Assembly: GCA_965205015.1 (NCBI GenBank)
Contig: OZ242029.1
Span: forward strand, 1,760,001-1,824,000
Direction: 5' to 3'
Source: Candidatus Poribacteria bacterium
GTDB lineage: Bacteria > Poribacteria > WGA-4E > WGA-3G
DNA: 64,000 bases
This document shows, one piece after another, positions 8,435 through 17,800 of the stretch. Each line of letters begins with the position of its first letter. Position 1 is the first letter of the stretch. The notes below the pieces were generated by a model. The model was not told the origin of the DNA and ran no database searches. It saw only the letters and a program-made list of their open reading frames with translations. Made by a program: the position numbers and the translations under genes.

Positions 8435-10063
8435 CTACCGTTTTGGCTCTGGCATTCTTTGGGTTAAAGAATAAATTACTTGCGGGACTGCTTTGAGCAC
8501 GTCGCTGGCAATGAGTCCGTGCATCCCCAATCTCTCCGCTGCACTATCTCCCGCTAAACCGTGTAGATAGACGCCAAGCGCGGCTGCATGTTCGCTGGAT
8601 ATGCCTTGCGCTACTAATCCCGCGATGATACCTGTGAGCACATCACCCATGCCACCTGTTGCCATGCCGGGATTACCAGTTGAATTTACCCATAGATTAC
8701 CCTTTGGATCGCTGATAACGGTTGGTGCCCCTTTAAATACAAGGGTTACACCGTGTTCACTCGCAAATTGCTGGGCGGTGCTAATCCTATCTGACTCTAA
8801 TGTAGGCACTGCGGTATTCGTTAACCGCGCCATCTCACCGGGATGCGGTGTGAGCACCGTCTCGGTGTTGAGGAATGAGAGGGTTTCTCTATCTTGCGCG
8901 AGGGCATTCAATCCATCCGCATCGATAACCATTCGTAACGCAAGTCCCGATTCTCGATTCTCACGTATTAATTGATGGACGAGTGCTACTGTTTCGGGAT
9001 GTTGGGAAAGTCCCGGACCGATTGCAAGTATTGATTTGGTTTTTTCCGCAAATTCGAGGATAGTTGAAGTCGTGGAGGCTGCTAAGCTCCCCGCGTCCGT
9101 TTCTGGGAGTGGTAGGGTCATCACCTCGGGGAGAAGACCCTCTAAAATTGGGTTGAGATGTTTCGGTGTCGCGAGTGTCACCAACCCTGCACCGGCGCGC
9201 AAAGCCGCTTCGCTTGCGAGTGCAGCGGCTCCAGTCATGCCTGTCGAGCCAGCGACGACAAGCACGCGTCCATAACTCCCTTTGTGGGAAGATAGCGGAC
9301 GCGAGGGCATCCATTGTGATGCTTGTGTTGCTGTGGTCCAGTTTACCTTGATGTCTTGTGCGTTTACAACCTGTTCTGGGAAACCGATGTCGGCAACTTC
9401 CAGTTTTCCGGCGAGTTCGGCACCCGGATGCATCAACAGTCCCCTTTTGGGTAAGCCTATCGTTACGGTTCGATCCGCTCGAACACAGGTACCTAACGGA
9501 TGTCCCGTGTCTGCATCCAGACCGGAAGGCAGGTCGACAGAAAGGGTGGGTGTTGGAAGCCTGTTGATGGCGTTAATTACGGTAGCGATTGGATCGCGCA
9601 CCGCACCCCGCAACCCGGTACCCAAGATCGCATCCACAAGAAGCTCGCAACGCGCGAAGGTAGTAGGCACAGTCCCTGTGCCGTAAAACCCCGTCCCCGT
9701 CAGAATTTCCTCAATTCGCAACCCACCTTTTGGCGCAGCTTGCAAGCCAAAACTTGCTATTAAACGTTTCGCAATTTGAAGATTAATCTGTGCCTCTCCC
9801 GTAAAACTGTCTTCAGGAGAAACCAAGAAGAGAAGCACATCGCGCCCTATGTGAGCGAGTTGACGTGCGATAACGATCCCATCGCCGCCATTGTTACCCT
9901 TACCCGCAAAAATGCCAATCCGTTGACAGGTCGGGTAGTGTTGTTCGATTGCGCGGACAATGGCACTCCCAGCGGTTTCCATCAGAACGATGCCGGGAAT
10001 GCCAATACCTTCAATGGTGTCCTGATCGATCTGGCGCATTTCCGTCGCTGTCACGACTCTCAT
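8435..10063 (-). CDS. nnr: Bifunctional NAD(P)H-hydrate epimerase/dehydratase
   Basis: YjeF-N motifs LMETAG, GKGNNGGDG and DLPSG; YjeF-C motifs SHKGSYG, DADGLN, TPHPGE and GGMGDVLTG. Confidence 0.93.
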   Translation of the reverse strand: MRVVTATEMRQIDQDTIEGIGIPGIVLMETAGSAIVRAIEQHYPTCQRIGIFAGKGNNGGDGIVIARQLAHIGRDVLLFLVSPEDSFTGEAQINLQIAKRLIASFGLQAAPKGGLRIEEILTGTGFYGTGTVPTTFARCELLVDAILGTGLRGAVRDPIATVINAINRLPTPTLSVDLPSGLDADTGHPLGTCVRADRTVTIGLPKRGLLMHPGAELAGKLEVADIGFPEQVVNAQDIKVNWTTATQASQWMPSRPLSSHKGSYGRVLVVAGSTGMTGAAALASEAALRAGAGLVTLATPKHLNPILEGLLPEVMTLPLPETDAGSLAASTTSTILEFAEKTKSILAIGPGLSQHPETVALVHQLIRENRESGLALRMVIDADGLNALAQDRETLSFLNTETVLTPHPGEMARLTNTAVPTLESDRISTAQQFASEHGVTLVFKGAPTVISDPKGNLWVNSTGNPGMATGGMGDVLTGIIAGLVAQGISSEHAAALGVYLHGLAGDSAAERLGMHGLIASDVLKAVPQVIYSLTQRMPEPKR

Positions 10064-10467
10064 GCAGCATCGCTCTGCAATTTGTCCGCGAGCCCTAACA
10101 GGTGCGCTTCCATTTGCGGGATTGCCTGTTCTAAGGTTTCCTGCGCTATCTGTATTTCTTGAACCCTTTCATCTTGGTGGGTTTGGAGACAGAAATTCAA
10201 ATTTTTGCGGAGATCGAACAGGCTCTGCTGAATGTGGTCTTGGAAAGTACCGTCTGGGTACATCCACCGTCTACCGCGGGTCTGCCGCAGATTAAAATGG
10301 CAATGCCCATTATCGCCACCGAAGCAATCGAAGCGCATAATTTCATCGTCATAAACGAATAACGAAGCCGCAGGACCGCGTCCGCCGGCATCGTCACGCC
10401 AGTATGATTCTAACCGAACGTTCTCCTGGATGGGGTATTCAACCAGGTCGTGTTTTTCATTCGCCAT
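10060..10467 (-). CDS. Hypothetical protein
   Basis: GGAGG RBS before ATG at 10467; stop overlaps the nnr start (ATGA); contains RFDCF..GHCH. Confidence 0.65.
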   Translation of the reverse strand: MANEKHDLVEYPIQENVRLESYWRDDAGGRGPAASLFVYDDEIMRFDCFGGDNGHCHFNLRQTRGRRWMYPDGTFQDHIQQSLFDLRKNLNFCLQTHQDERVQEIQIAQETLEQAIPQMEAHLLGLADKLQSDAA

Positions 10468-10622
10468 CTGTAGACCCTCCTTGGGTGTTTCTACGCGATT
10501 ATGGTCGCGTCTAACAGGACCAGGATAAAAAAGTGACTTGAATTTGAACCAGATTTGCGCTAAAGTATAGCAAACCCAGAAATAGAAGTCAATAAGCAAT
10601 TTATAAAGGATGGAGCGATAAC

Positions 10623-11588
10623 GTGCATATTTCGATCGCTGATGCGCGGCAGCTCGCGGAAACTTTTTTGGCAAAAAGCGGCATGCCCCCAACGGATGCC
10701 GCTATTATTGCAGATGTTCTATTAGAAGCAGAACTCCGCGGGCGAAAAACACACGGCTTTATCCGATTGACCGGAATTAAAAGCCGTTATGAACAGGGCG
10801 AACGGACTGACATCCGGATTGACGAGGAAAAAGGACCCTGCGTGCGGATTGATGGTGGAAATCAACCCGGTTACCTCGTCGCTTATCGTGCAATGGAGCT
10901 CGCCATTGAACGCGCAAAACAGAGCGGTGCAAGCATCGTTGGTGTTTACAATACATCACATTGTGGTATGGCAGGATACTACGTCGATATGGCACGAAAG
11001 GCGGATGTCGTTGGACTCCTCTTCGTTGACTGTCTACCCCGAATTACGCCCGAGGGCGGAACCGAAGCCATTTTAGGCACCAATCCAATCGCTGTTGGAA
11101 TCCCATCCAACACAGTCCCACTTCTCTTTGATATGTCTACCGCTGCGATTACCAATGGCGATCTGCTCGTCGCCATGCAGGAAGGTGCTCCAATTGCTGA
11201 AGGAATCGCCTTTGATCCGGAGGGTGAGCCGACCACGGATGCCGATGCAGCGTTGAAGGGGAGTGTGCGTCCATTCGGTGGACATAAGGGGTTCGGACTT
11301 GCGCTTATCACACAAATCCTTGCGGGTGCCTTGGTCAATGCCGCGACAATCCCACTTCCCGGTAAAAACTACGGCTTACTTATTGTTGCGATAGACCCAA
11401 CAAGTTTTGTTCCATTGCCCCAGTTCAAGACGGAAGTCGATACCCTCATTGCGCGCGTCAAAAAGAACCGCCGAGAAGCAGGCGTTGCGGAAATCCTGAT
11501 CCCCGGTGAACGCGCCTATCGTCAAAGGGAGATACACCTCGCGAACGGTATCCACTTAGAGGACACACTCGTTAATCAATTAACGTAA
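10623..11588 (+). CDS. Ldh_2 family oxidoreductase (malate/L-lactate/sulfolactate dehydrogenase-like)
   Basis: Motifs ELRGRKTHG, HCG, GTNPIA, GGHKGFGL and IPGE. Confidence 0.88.
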   Translation: MHISIADARQLAETFLAKSGMPPTDAAIIADVLLEAELRGRKTHGFIRLTGIKSRYEQGERTDIRIDEEKGPCVRIDGGNQPGYLVAYRAMELAIERAKQSGASIVGVYNTSHCGMAGYYVDMARKADVVGLLFVDCLPRITPEGGTEAILGTNPIAVGIPSNTVPLLFDMSTAAITNGDLLVAMQEGAPIAEGIAFDPEGEPTTDADAALKGSVRPFGGHKGFGLALITQILAGALVNAATIPLPGKNYGLLIVAIDPTSFVPLPQFKTEVDTLIARVKKNRREAGVAEILIPGERAYRQREIHLANGIHLEDTLVNQLT

Positions 11589-11616
11589 TAGATTTTCCGT
11601 CGCGTTGAAAAGCAAC

Positions 11617-11645
11617 TTGCTTAAGGTTCGCCTTTCTGATATACT
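11617..11645 (+). promoter_or_regulatory. sigma70-type promoter (identical copy at 12252-12280)
   Basis: TTGCTT-17 nt-TATACT, identical in both cassette copies. Confidence 0.65.
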
Positions 11646-11651
11646 ATAAAA

Positions 11652-11746
11652 ACCAGTTTGGGTGGCACTGCGAAGCATCCCCGCAAGGGATATCTGCCAC
11701 CTTCCCACCTTCGCAGGGGGATAAAACACTGGCACTGGAACCTCCC
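11652..11746 (+). ncRNA. Putative pseudoknotted 5' leader RNA, copy 1
   Basis: Crossing stems GGGTGGCA/TGCCACCT and CTGCGAAG/CTTCGCAG; differences between copies preserve the pairing. Confidence 0.5.
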
Positions 11747-12109
11747 ATGAAAATGATTTTGCTTTTCTCAATACTCTTCTGTGTGATCGCCATGCCAGCA
11801 ATTGGGGCACTCAGCGATGCTGACCTTGACAAAATCCGCTTGATGGTCAAGGAGGAACTCAATGAGGAACTCAAGCCTGTAAAAGCAGATATAGAAACAT
11901 TAAAAACTGAAGTCGCCTATGTGCGAGGCAAACTTGATATTCTGGATAAATACGTTATCGCTGTGATAGCATTGATCGTCATTGCTGTTGGGGCACCACA
12001 AATCGTCACGGCATGGCGCAGTAGAAGAGACCGCACTCTCGAAAAGCAGATTGAAACCCTTACACAGGAAATCGAAACGATCAAGCAACAGCGGATTGTA
12101 AGTCCGTGA
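11747..12109 (+). CDS. Small exported/membrane coiled-coil protein, paralog 1
   Basis: Signal peptide, coiled coil, TM helix, coiled coil; ends QQRIVSP. Confidence 0.8.
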   Translation: MKMILLFSILFCVIAMPAIGALSDADLDKIRLMVKEELNEELKPVKADIETLKTEVAYVRGKLDILDKYVIAVIALIVIAVGAPQIVTAWRSRRDRTLEKQIETLTQEIETIKQQRIVSP

Positions 12110-12286
12110 CCCCCACAGACCGTGGGTGTTTTTGCTTGGGTGTCCATAGTGTTTTTCTCAGTTCCGCGCAACCCAACCTACGATGCTAACGAGGGACGGG
12201 AAAATGTTTATCTATTTTTAGGATTCCCTATGATGCTGTCTGAAAAGCAACTTGCTTAAGGTTCGCCTTTCTGATATACTATAAAA

Positions 12287-12381
12287 ACCAGTTTGGGTGG
12301 CACTGCGAAGCATCCCCGCAACGGATGTCTGTCACTCTCCTACCTTCGCAGGGGGATAAAACACTGGCACTGGAACCTCCC
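12287..12381 (+). ncRNA. Putative pseudoknotted 5' leader RNA, copy 2
   Basis: 635-bp-offset copy of 11652-11746 with six substitutions. Confidence 0.5.
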
Positions 12382-12786
12382 ATGAAAATGATTTTGCTTT
12401 TCTCAATACTCTTCTGTGCAATCGCCATGCCAGCAATTGGGGCACTCAGCGATGCTGACCTTGACAAAATCCGCTTGATTGTCAATGATTCCGAAAAGCG
12501 TGTTAAAGAGGAAGTCAAAGCAGAGATCACGATAACCCACACGAAACTTGACGGGTTAGACACACGACTTCGAACTGTAGAGACAAACGTTGCATGGACG
12601 CGCGGAAAACTTGACAGTCTCGACAAACACATCAATTGGCTGATGGCACTCATTATAGTCGCCGTCGGGATTCCACAGGTTATCGTCGCGTGGCGCAGCA
12701 GAAAAGACCGCGCCCTCGAAAAGCAGATTGAAACCCTTACACAGGAAATCGAAACGATCAAGCAACAGCGGATTGTAAGCCCCTGA
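12382..12786 (+). CDS. Small exported/membrane coiled-coil protein, paralog 2
   Basis: Nearly the same N- and C-termini as 11747-12109, with a divergent middle. Confidence 0.8.
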   Translation: MKMILLFSILFCAIAMPAIGALSDADLDKIRLIVNDSEKRVKEEVKAEITITHTKLDGLDTRLRTVETNVAWTRGKLDSLDKHINWLMALIIVAVGIPQVIVAWRSRKDRALEKQIETLTQEIETIKQQRIVSP

Positions 12787-12788
12787 CC

Positions 12789-12971
12789 CCCATCCGAAAA
12801 CAGGTCTTTCACCTCTATTACGGAGAAGACCTGTCCATCAAAGCCATCGCATCACTTTTGAAACGTTCCCAAGGCACGATCAAAACCCACCTCCGCCACG
12901 CACGCCTTCAGCGCCGAGAGTTGCTCACACCATATCTGCAAAACCGAGACCTCCCTCACATGCGCACTTAG
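12789..12971 (+). pseudogene. ECF sigma factor region-4 remnant
   Basis: Hand translation PIRKQVFHLYYGEDLSIKAIASLLKRSQGTIKTHLRHARLQ...* fits the sigma region 4.2 HTH pattern. There is no start codon or region 2. Confidence 0.7.
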
Positions 12972-13047
12972 AGACTTCTCAGAATCTCTTGCATTTTATC
13001 GCAAACCTGTTATAAAATGAACATCGGAAACACCTCTTTTGTAGAAT

Positions 13048-13265
13048 AGGACTTACGCAATTTCTATGGAAGACCTACGGCCCACACGCCGCTGGCGAGG
13101 TTTGATGAAGTTTAAGACAATATTTCGGTAATTCTATCCCAAAAAACAACTGTAGGGGCAGGTCTTGTGCCTGCCCACGCATTATCTTGTGCCTGCCCAC
13201 GCATTACCGAATTAAATTGTTAATCCTAACGACTGTAGGGACAGGTCTTGTGCCTGCCCACGCAT
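13048..13265 (+). repeat. Nested cluster: partial AGGACTTACGCA MITE plus GTAG REP units
   Basis: The left half of the MITE matches 14402-14460, then switches to the TTTGATGAAGTTTAA...TTCGGTAATTCTAT block also seen at 7378. Confidence 0.7.
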
Positions 13266-13332
13266 TACTATTATGGTTGATTCGTGTGATTTAACCAATT
13301 GACTTGACCGAACCGCAAGGAATAATTAAAAA

Positions 13333-14343
13333 ATGGAAACTACTTTTAAAGCAGGCGTTATCGGTTGTGGCGGACGGGGACGCTCGCATGCACGCGGGTA
13401 TCAAGCCTCCTCAGATGTGGACATCGTCGCCTGCTCTGACCCAGTTGAAGATGCGCGGAACGACTTTGCAGAGCAGTTTGAGGTACCCAACACCTACGAA
13501 AGTTATCAAGAGATGCTGGATACAGAATCCCTTGATTTCGTCAGCGTCTGCACGTGGATTGAACTCCATAAGGATATGGTCATCGCCGCCGCCAAGAGTG
13601 GAATTCGAGCCATCCATTGTGAGAAACCGATGGCACCCACGTGGGGTGATGCGAAGGCGCTCTATCAAGCCTGTGTTGATAACAACGTCGTGATAACGTT
13701 CTGTCATCAACGCCGTTTCGGCGCGCAGTTCGTCAAAGCGAAACGCTTGGCAAATGAAGGCGCAATCGGTGAGTTGCGGCGGCTTGAAGGGGCATGTCCC
13801 AATTTGCTTGACTGGGGAACACACTGGTTTGATATGTTCCTTTTCTACAATAATGACGAACCTGTTGACTGGGTTATCGGTCAAATAGATGTAGCAGAGG
13901 AAAAGACCGTCTTCGGTGTTCAGGTTGAAACGAGTGGAATCTCGTGGATTCGCTGGAAGAACGGCGTTGAAGGGCTGCTCGCAACGGGGGATACGTCTTT
14001 AGGCGGCTTCGGCAACCGTCTCATCGGTACGAAAGGTATCATTGATGTGGGAGGGGGTGGCGCGCCGTTGCGGATGCTCCGTGAAGGCGGAGACGGATGG
14101 GAAGTGCCCGATTTAAGCGATTTAAGCCCTGAACGCGACGCAACCACACTCTCTATACTTGATCTGATCCACGGTGTAAAGACAGGACGAGAGCCGGAAC
14201 TCAGCGGTCGCAAAGCACTTCAGGCAACCGAACTCATTTTTGCAACGTATCAGTCGAGCCGACAGCGTGCAAAGGTGAATTTGCCGCTGACAGTGGACGA
14301 TTCGGCGTTGCTGACCATGGTTGCCACTGGCGATATCGGTTAG
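13333..14343 (+). CDS. Gfo/Idh/MocA family oxidoreductase
   Basis: GVIGCGGRG, CEKPMA and DWGTHWFD motifs. Confidence 0.9.
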   Translation: METTFKAGVIGCGGRGRSHARGYQASSDVDIVACSDPVEDARNDFAEQFEVPNTYESYQEMLDTESLDFVSVCTWIELHKDMVIAAAKSGIRAIHCEKPMAPTWGDAKALYQACVDNNVVITFCHQRRFGAQFVKAKRLANEGAIGELRRLEGACPNLLDWGTHWFDMFLFYNNDEPVDWVIGQIDVAEEKTVFGVQVETSGISWIRWKNGVEGLLATGDTSLGGFGNRLIGTKGIIDVGGGGAPLRMLREGGDGWEVPDLSDLSPERDATTLSILDLIHGVKTGREPELSGRKALQATELIFATYQSSRQRAKVNLPLTVDDSALLTMVATGDIG

Positions 14344-14401
14344 ACGCTATACGACAGGTTACAGGCGCGGTTCACAAGTTAACCGCGCATTGTAACAGTT
14401 C

Positions 14402-14494
14402 AGGACTTACGCAATTTGCGGGTGATACGCTACAATTCACACGCCGCTGGCGAGGTTTGAAACCTCGCCCAGCACAGGGTGCTGCGTAAGTCCT
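14402..14494. mobile_element. ~92-bp MITE-like element with 12-bp TIRs AGGACTTACGCA/TGCGTAAGTCCT
   Basis: Perfect terminal inverted repeats and internal hairpin GGCGAGGTTTGAAACCTCGCC; second copy at 39688-39778. Confidence 0.65.
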
Positions 14495-14851
14495 ACAGTG
14501 TTTCGCTCCGTTGGTGTCTCTATAATTTTATCAACCTAATTGAAATTTCTGCGTCTAATCAGAATAAAGGGGATTCTTACACATCTGTTCCCCAAGAACG
14601 TGAAATCAAATAATCGGAAGCAGTCAATAGATACAAAATATGGTAAACCCGAAAAATAAATAGACATCTCGTAGGGGCAGGTCTTGTACCTGCCCGCCAA
14701 TGCATAGGTCCATAATGTCCAATTAATTCTAAGGTTTACCATAGTTAACAGAGGTCGGTTAAGGGACTGTCCTGTTGAACCAGAGTCCTCTTTAAATTTT
14801 AATGAATAACTGGCACCTGTAAAAATAGGGCACGGAATCTGTCCGGAAAAC

Positions 14852-17800
14852 TTGTGCCTTCACGCGAATCGCCGAAATTTAGTTAGCTTCGGACTCGCGA
14901 CAAGTAGGGAGAAGCGAGTGTCAACAAATAAAGATATGTACGGTGTAACTTGCAGGTCGATGCACAACAGTCGAGATCAACGTGATAGTGGAAGTTATCC
15001 TCCCACCCGATTCCCAATCCGCTCCGGGTTGGCGAATTTTCTCTTTTTTCTGAGTTTTGTTTGTTTCGCAATCCTAACGATACCGACCCCCGGTTGGACA
15101 AAACTGACCGGTTTGAGAGTCGATGCGGGTGGGGATAACATTTTCAGAGGCGGCGTAGATAGATTGCGGATTACCTTCAGTGTCGATGATGAGGACGACG
15201 AGGCTCCCTATATCGTTCAGGTGATGAACGAGGGTAAGACTGAGACCTTGGGGATCATCGATCAAGGGACCGTGTCGGCAGATGAGACGGTGAACCTTTT
15301 TTGGGACGGCACTATTAACGGCACACGCCTGCCGGACGCTATCTATACGATCCGTGTTACTGTTGATGATGGTGTTGTTGATGATGGTGTTCCTCCGGCA
15401 GATGAGGTTTTGACAGCAAAAGCAACTTTGGATACCAGTAGACCGCGTGTTTCCGGTGTCTTCGCAAACGATGATCCTGCTAAAGAGATTACCGATGGCA
15501 GTTTTATCACGGAACCGCTCGAATCAATTATGGTAACAGGGGTGGATGAAGGCGTAGGCGGTGATATTGATCTCGGTAACAGGCGAAACACTATTTTCCT
15601 GAGAAATGCACAGCAGGTTGTCGTGCGCGGAACTCTCGATTATCGTCCTGGACAGGAGGGCGGACAAGACAGGCCAGCGGTTCCTGGCAGTCTAACCTTT
15701 ACTTTAGTAGATCCCTTGGACGAACCTTCTGAAAATGGAAAATACACCCTTATTCTCATCTTAATAGATGAAGCCGGTAATGTGGTCCAAAGTTTGCGGG
15801 AATTTACCTTTGATAACATCAAACCCCGTTTGAGAAGAGTCTCGACCAACAGAGGGGGACTCATTCCGGGGGGCGGTGTGAGTCAGCGCCTCAATTATGT
15901 TGAAGCGGTACTCACGGATAACCTTGAAGACGGTGTCGATCTCTTTGAATCTACCATAAAGCTCTATCGCAAAGCCGACGGTACTGGCGAGCAGACTCTT
16001 ATACCGGGAGAAAAAACGGAGGATGTTGAAAGTGGTAAAATCCGGTGGAGCCTCCTAACACCCTTGTTAGGCAGAGACGATTCCCAAGATGGTGAATATA
16101 TTATTGAGGTCACCGTCGTTGATAAGGCAGGTAACCCAGCGGATGCGGTGCAGATTCCGTTTCGCTACGATAACCGGGCACCGAGCCCTGTGTCGGTAAG
16201 CCCTATGGACAATAGGGACGAACCCTTTGGTCCCTTTCCCGATACCAATTATTACAATGCCCCCATCACCGGATTTATCGTTGACTTTGGTGATACGGAA
16301 ACGGACGTGGACCTTGCCGGCAGGCGGCGATCTACGCAGATTGTGTTTGGGACACCGAAAGAATCTGGGGAGGGTGTGAATGTCCTTGAAGGACGCGTCG
16401 TCACAGATACCGATAGCAATACATTAACTTACATCCTCAATCAGCCGATCGTCAGTCGCGATGGCACCCAAGATGGACAGTATCTCCTCAACGTGCAGGC
16501 AACGGACACCCTCGGCAATATCAAGACTTACGATTACCAAATCGTCTACGATACGCAGCCGCCAGCACTCGTTTCTACAACGCCAACCTCCAACGAGACC
16601 GTCTCAGAGTTATCACAGGTTCAGATCAAGCTCGATGAAAAAACCAGCGGCATCGATTTCGTTCAGAGCGACATCAACTTTCAACTCTGGAAAGGGAGAG
16701 CGGCAGATGTTCTCCAAGACGAGCCGTCTGAAGCAAGACAGGTGCCTGTGAATATCGCGAGTAACGGCATGGATACAGTTACGCTGACCCTCTTGAAACC
16801 GATTGCTTTGGACTTTTCAGATGATGGCACCTACACAATTAAAGTCGCTCCCATTGACCGCGCGGGCAATCCAGGTGGGAATGCCGTGCGCGAGTTCTAC
16901 CTCGTCAGCCAGAAGCACGAACCCGAAGTCCGATTGACACTGCCCGAAACGACAACCGTCAACACGTTCCCGATGGTTGCCGTGGAACTGGTGGATTATG
17001 TCGGCGCGGGTATCGACTTTAACGCGTCAACGCTGGTTGTCAGAAACCCCGAGGGGGCTCCGGTCTCACAGGAAAAAATTGTACGCGATGCAGCAAACAA
17101 CGCATTAACCTGGACGACTGAAGCGGTGATCCCGCCTGATGGAAGTGCGGATGGTGAATATACCATAATTGCGACGTTTGTCGATTTTACGGGAAAAAGT
17201 TTTACACAGCAGTTCTCGTTTGTTTTGGACACACAGGTTCCCGAAGTTGAAAGCGTACACGTGGCAATCGAATCCCAACCCGAGCTTTCTGTGGAGACCA
17301 TAACGACGTTTACCGAGAGTTTTTCGCAAATCATCGTAACTTTTGAGGACACCCGCGGAGACGCTGAACAAGATTCGCAGGGACTCAGTAATGATGTTGA
17401 TTTTGCGGATACCGTGGTTGCGTTAGCGGGACCGGAGGGTTCCATTTCGACGAATGTCTCTGTCTATAGTCCCACGCAACTCGCCATCCGTTTTGTTGAA
17501 TTGATAGAGGATGGTTCGTATACGCTGTCGGTGACCCCTCAAGATATTGCTGGTAATACTGCCCGAGGTGCCCTGCACTACGCATTTCTGATTGATACTG
17601 AGAGTCCTCGGATAACTGCGGCCTCTCCGATAACATTGAGTGAACCTGTCTCTTATATCGGCACGGATTTCAGACAGTTTGTGTTTACGATTGAAGATGT
17701 GGGGCCCGCGGATCTATTTCTTGAGGAACAGACTGTTACGTTATTAGACGCTGCTGGCAATACTGTTCCCACTACACTAACGTATGATGAGCCAACAGGT

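Noticed and set aside
7857-8474. Long antisense ORFs (e.g. 7857-8474, 43085-43840, 52530-53090, 53454-54141)
   Set aside because: Shadow frames opposite well-supported genes, with no independent motifs.
11660-11716. HDV-like ribozyme assignment for the leader RNA
   Set aside because: P1/P2 topology is similar, but P3 geometry, the P1.1 GG and the catalytic C-x-A-A junction are missing.
11606-12792. Diversity-generating retroelement TR/VR pair
   Set aside because: Differences are not adenine-specific, include indels, and no reverse transcriptase is in the window.
13310-13328. The GAACCGCAAGGAA..TTA repeat end translates as EPQG-x-x, resembling the VEPQGKL protein tail
   Set aside because: No TTW codons follow and the coding copies use variable codons; probably coincidence.
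14700-14930. Riboswitch upstream of the giant Ig-repeat gene
   Set aside because: Several hairpins are present but no recognisable aptamer consensus, and there is no second copy to test.
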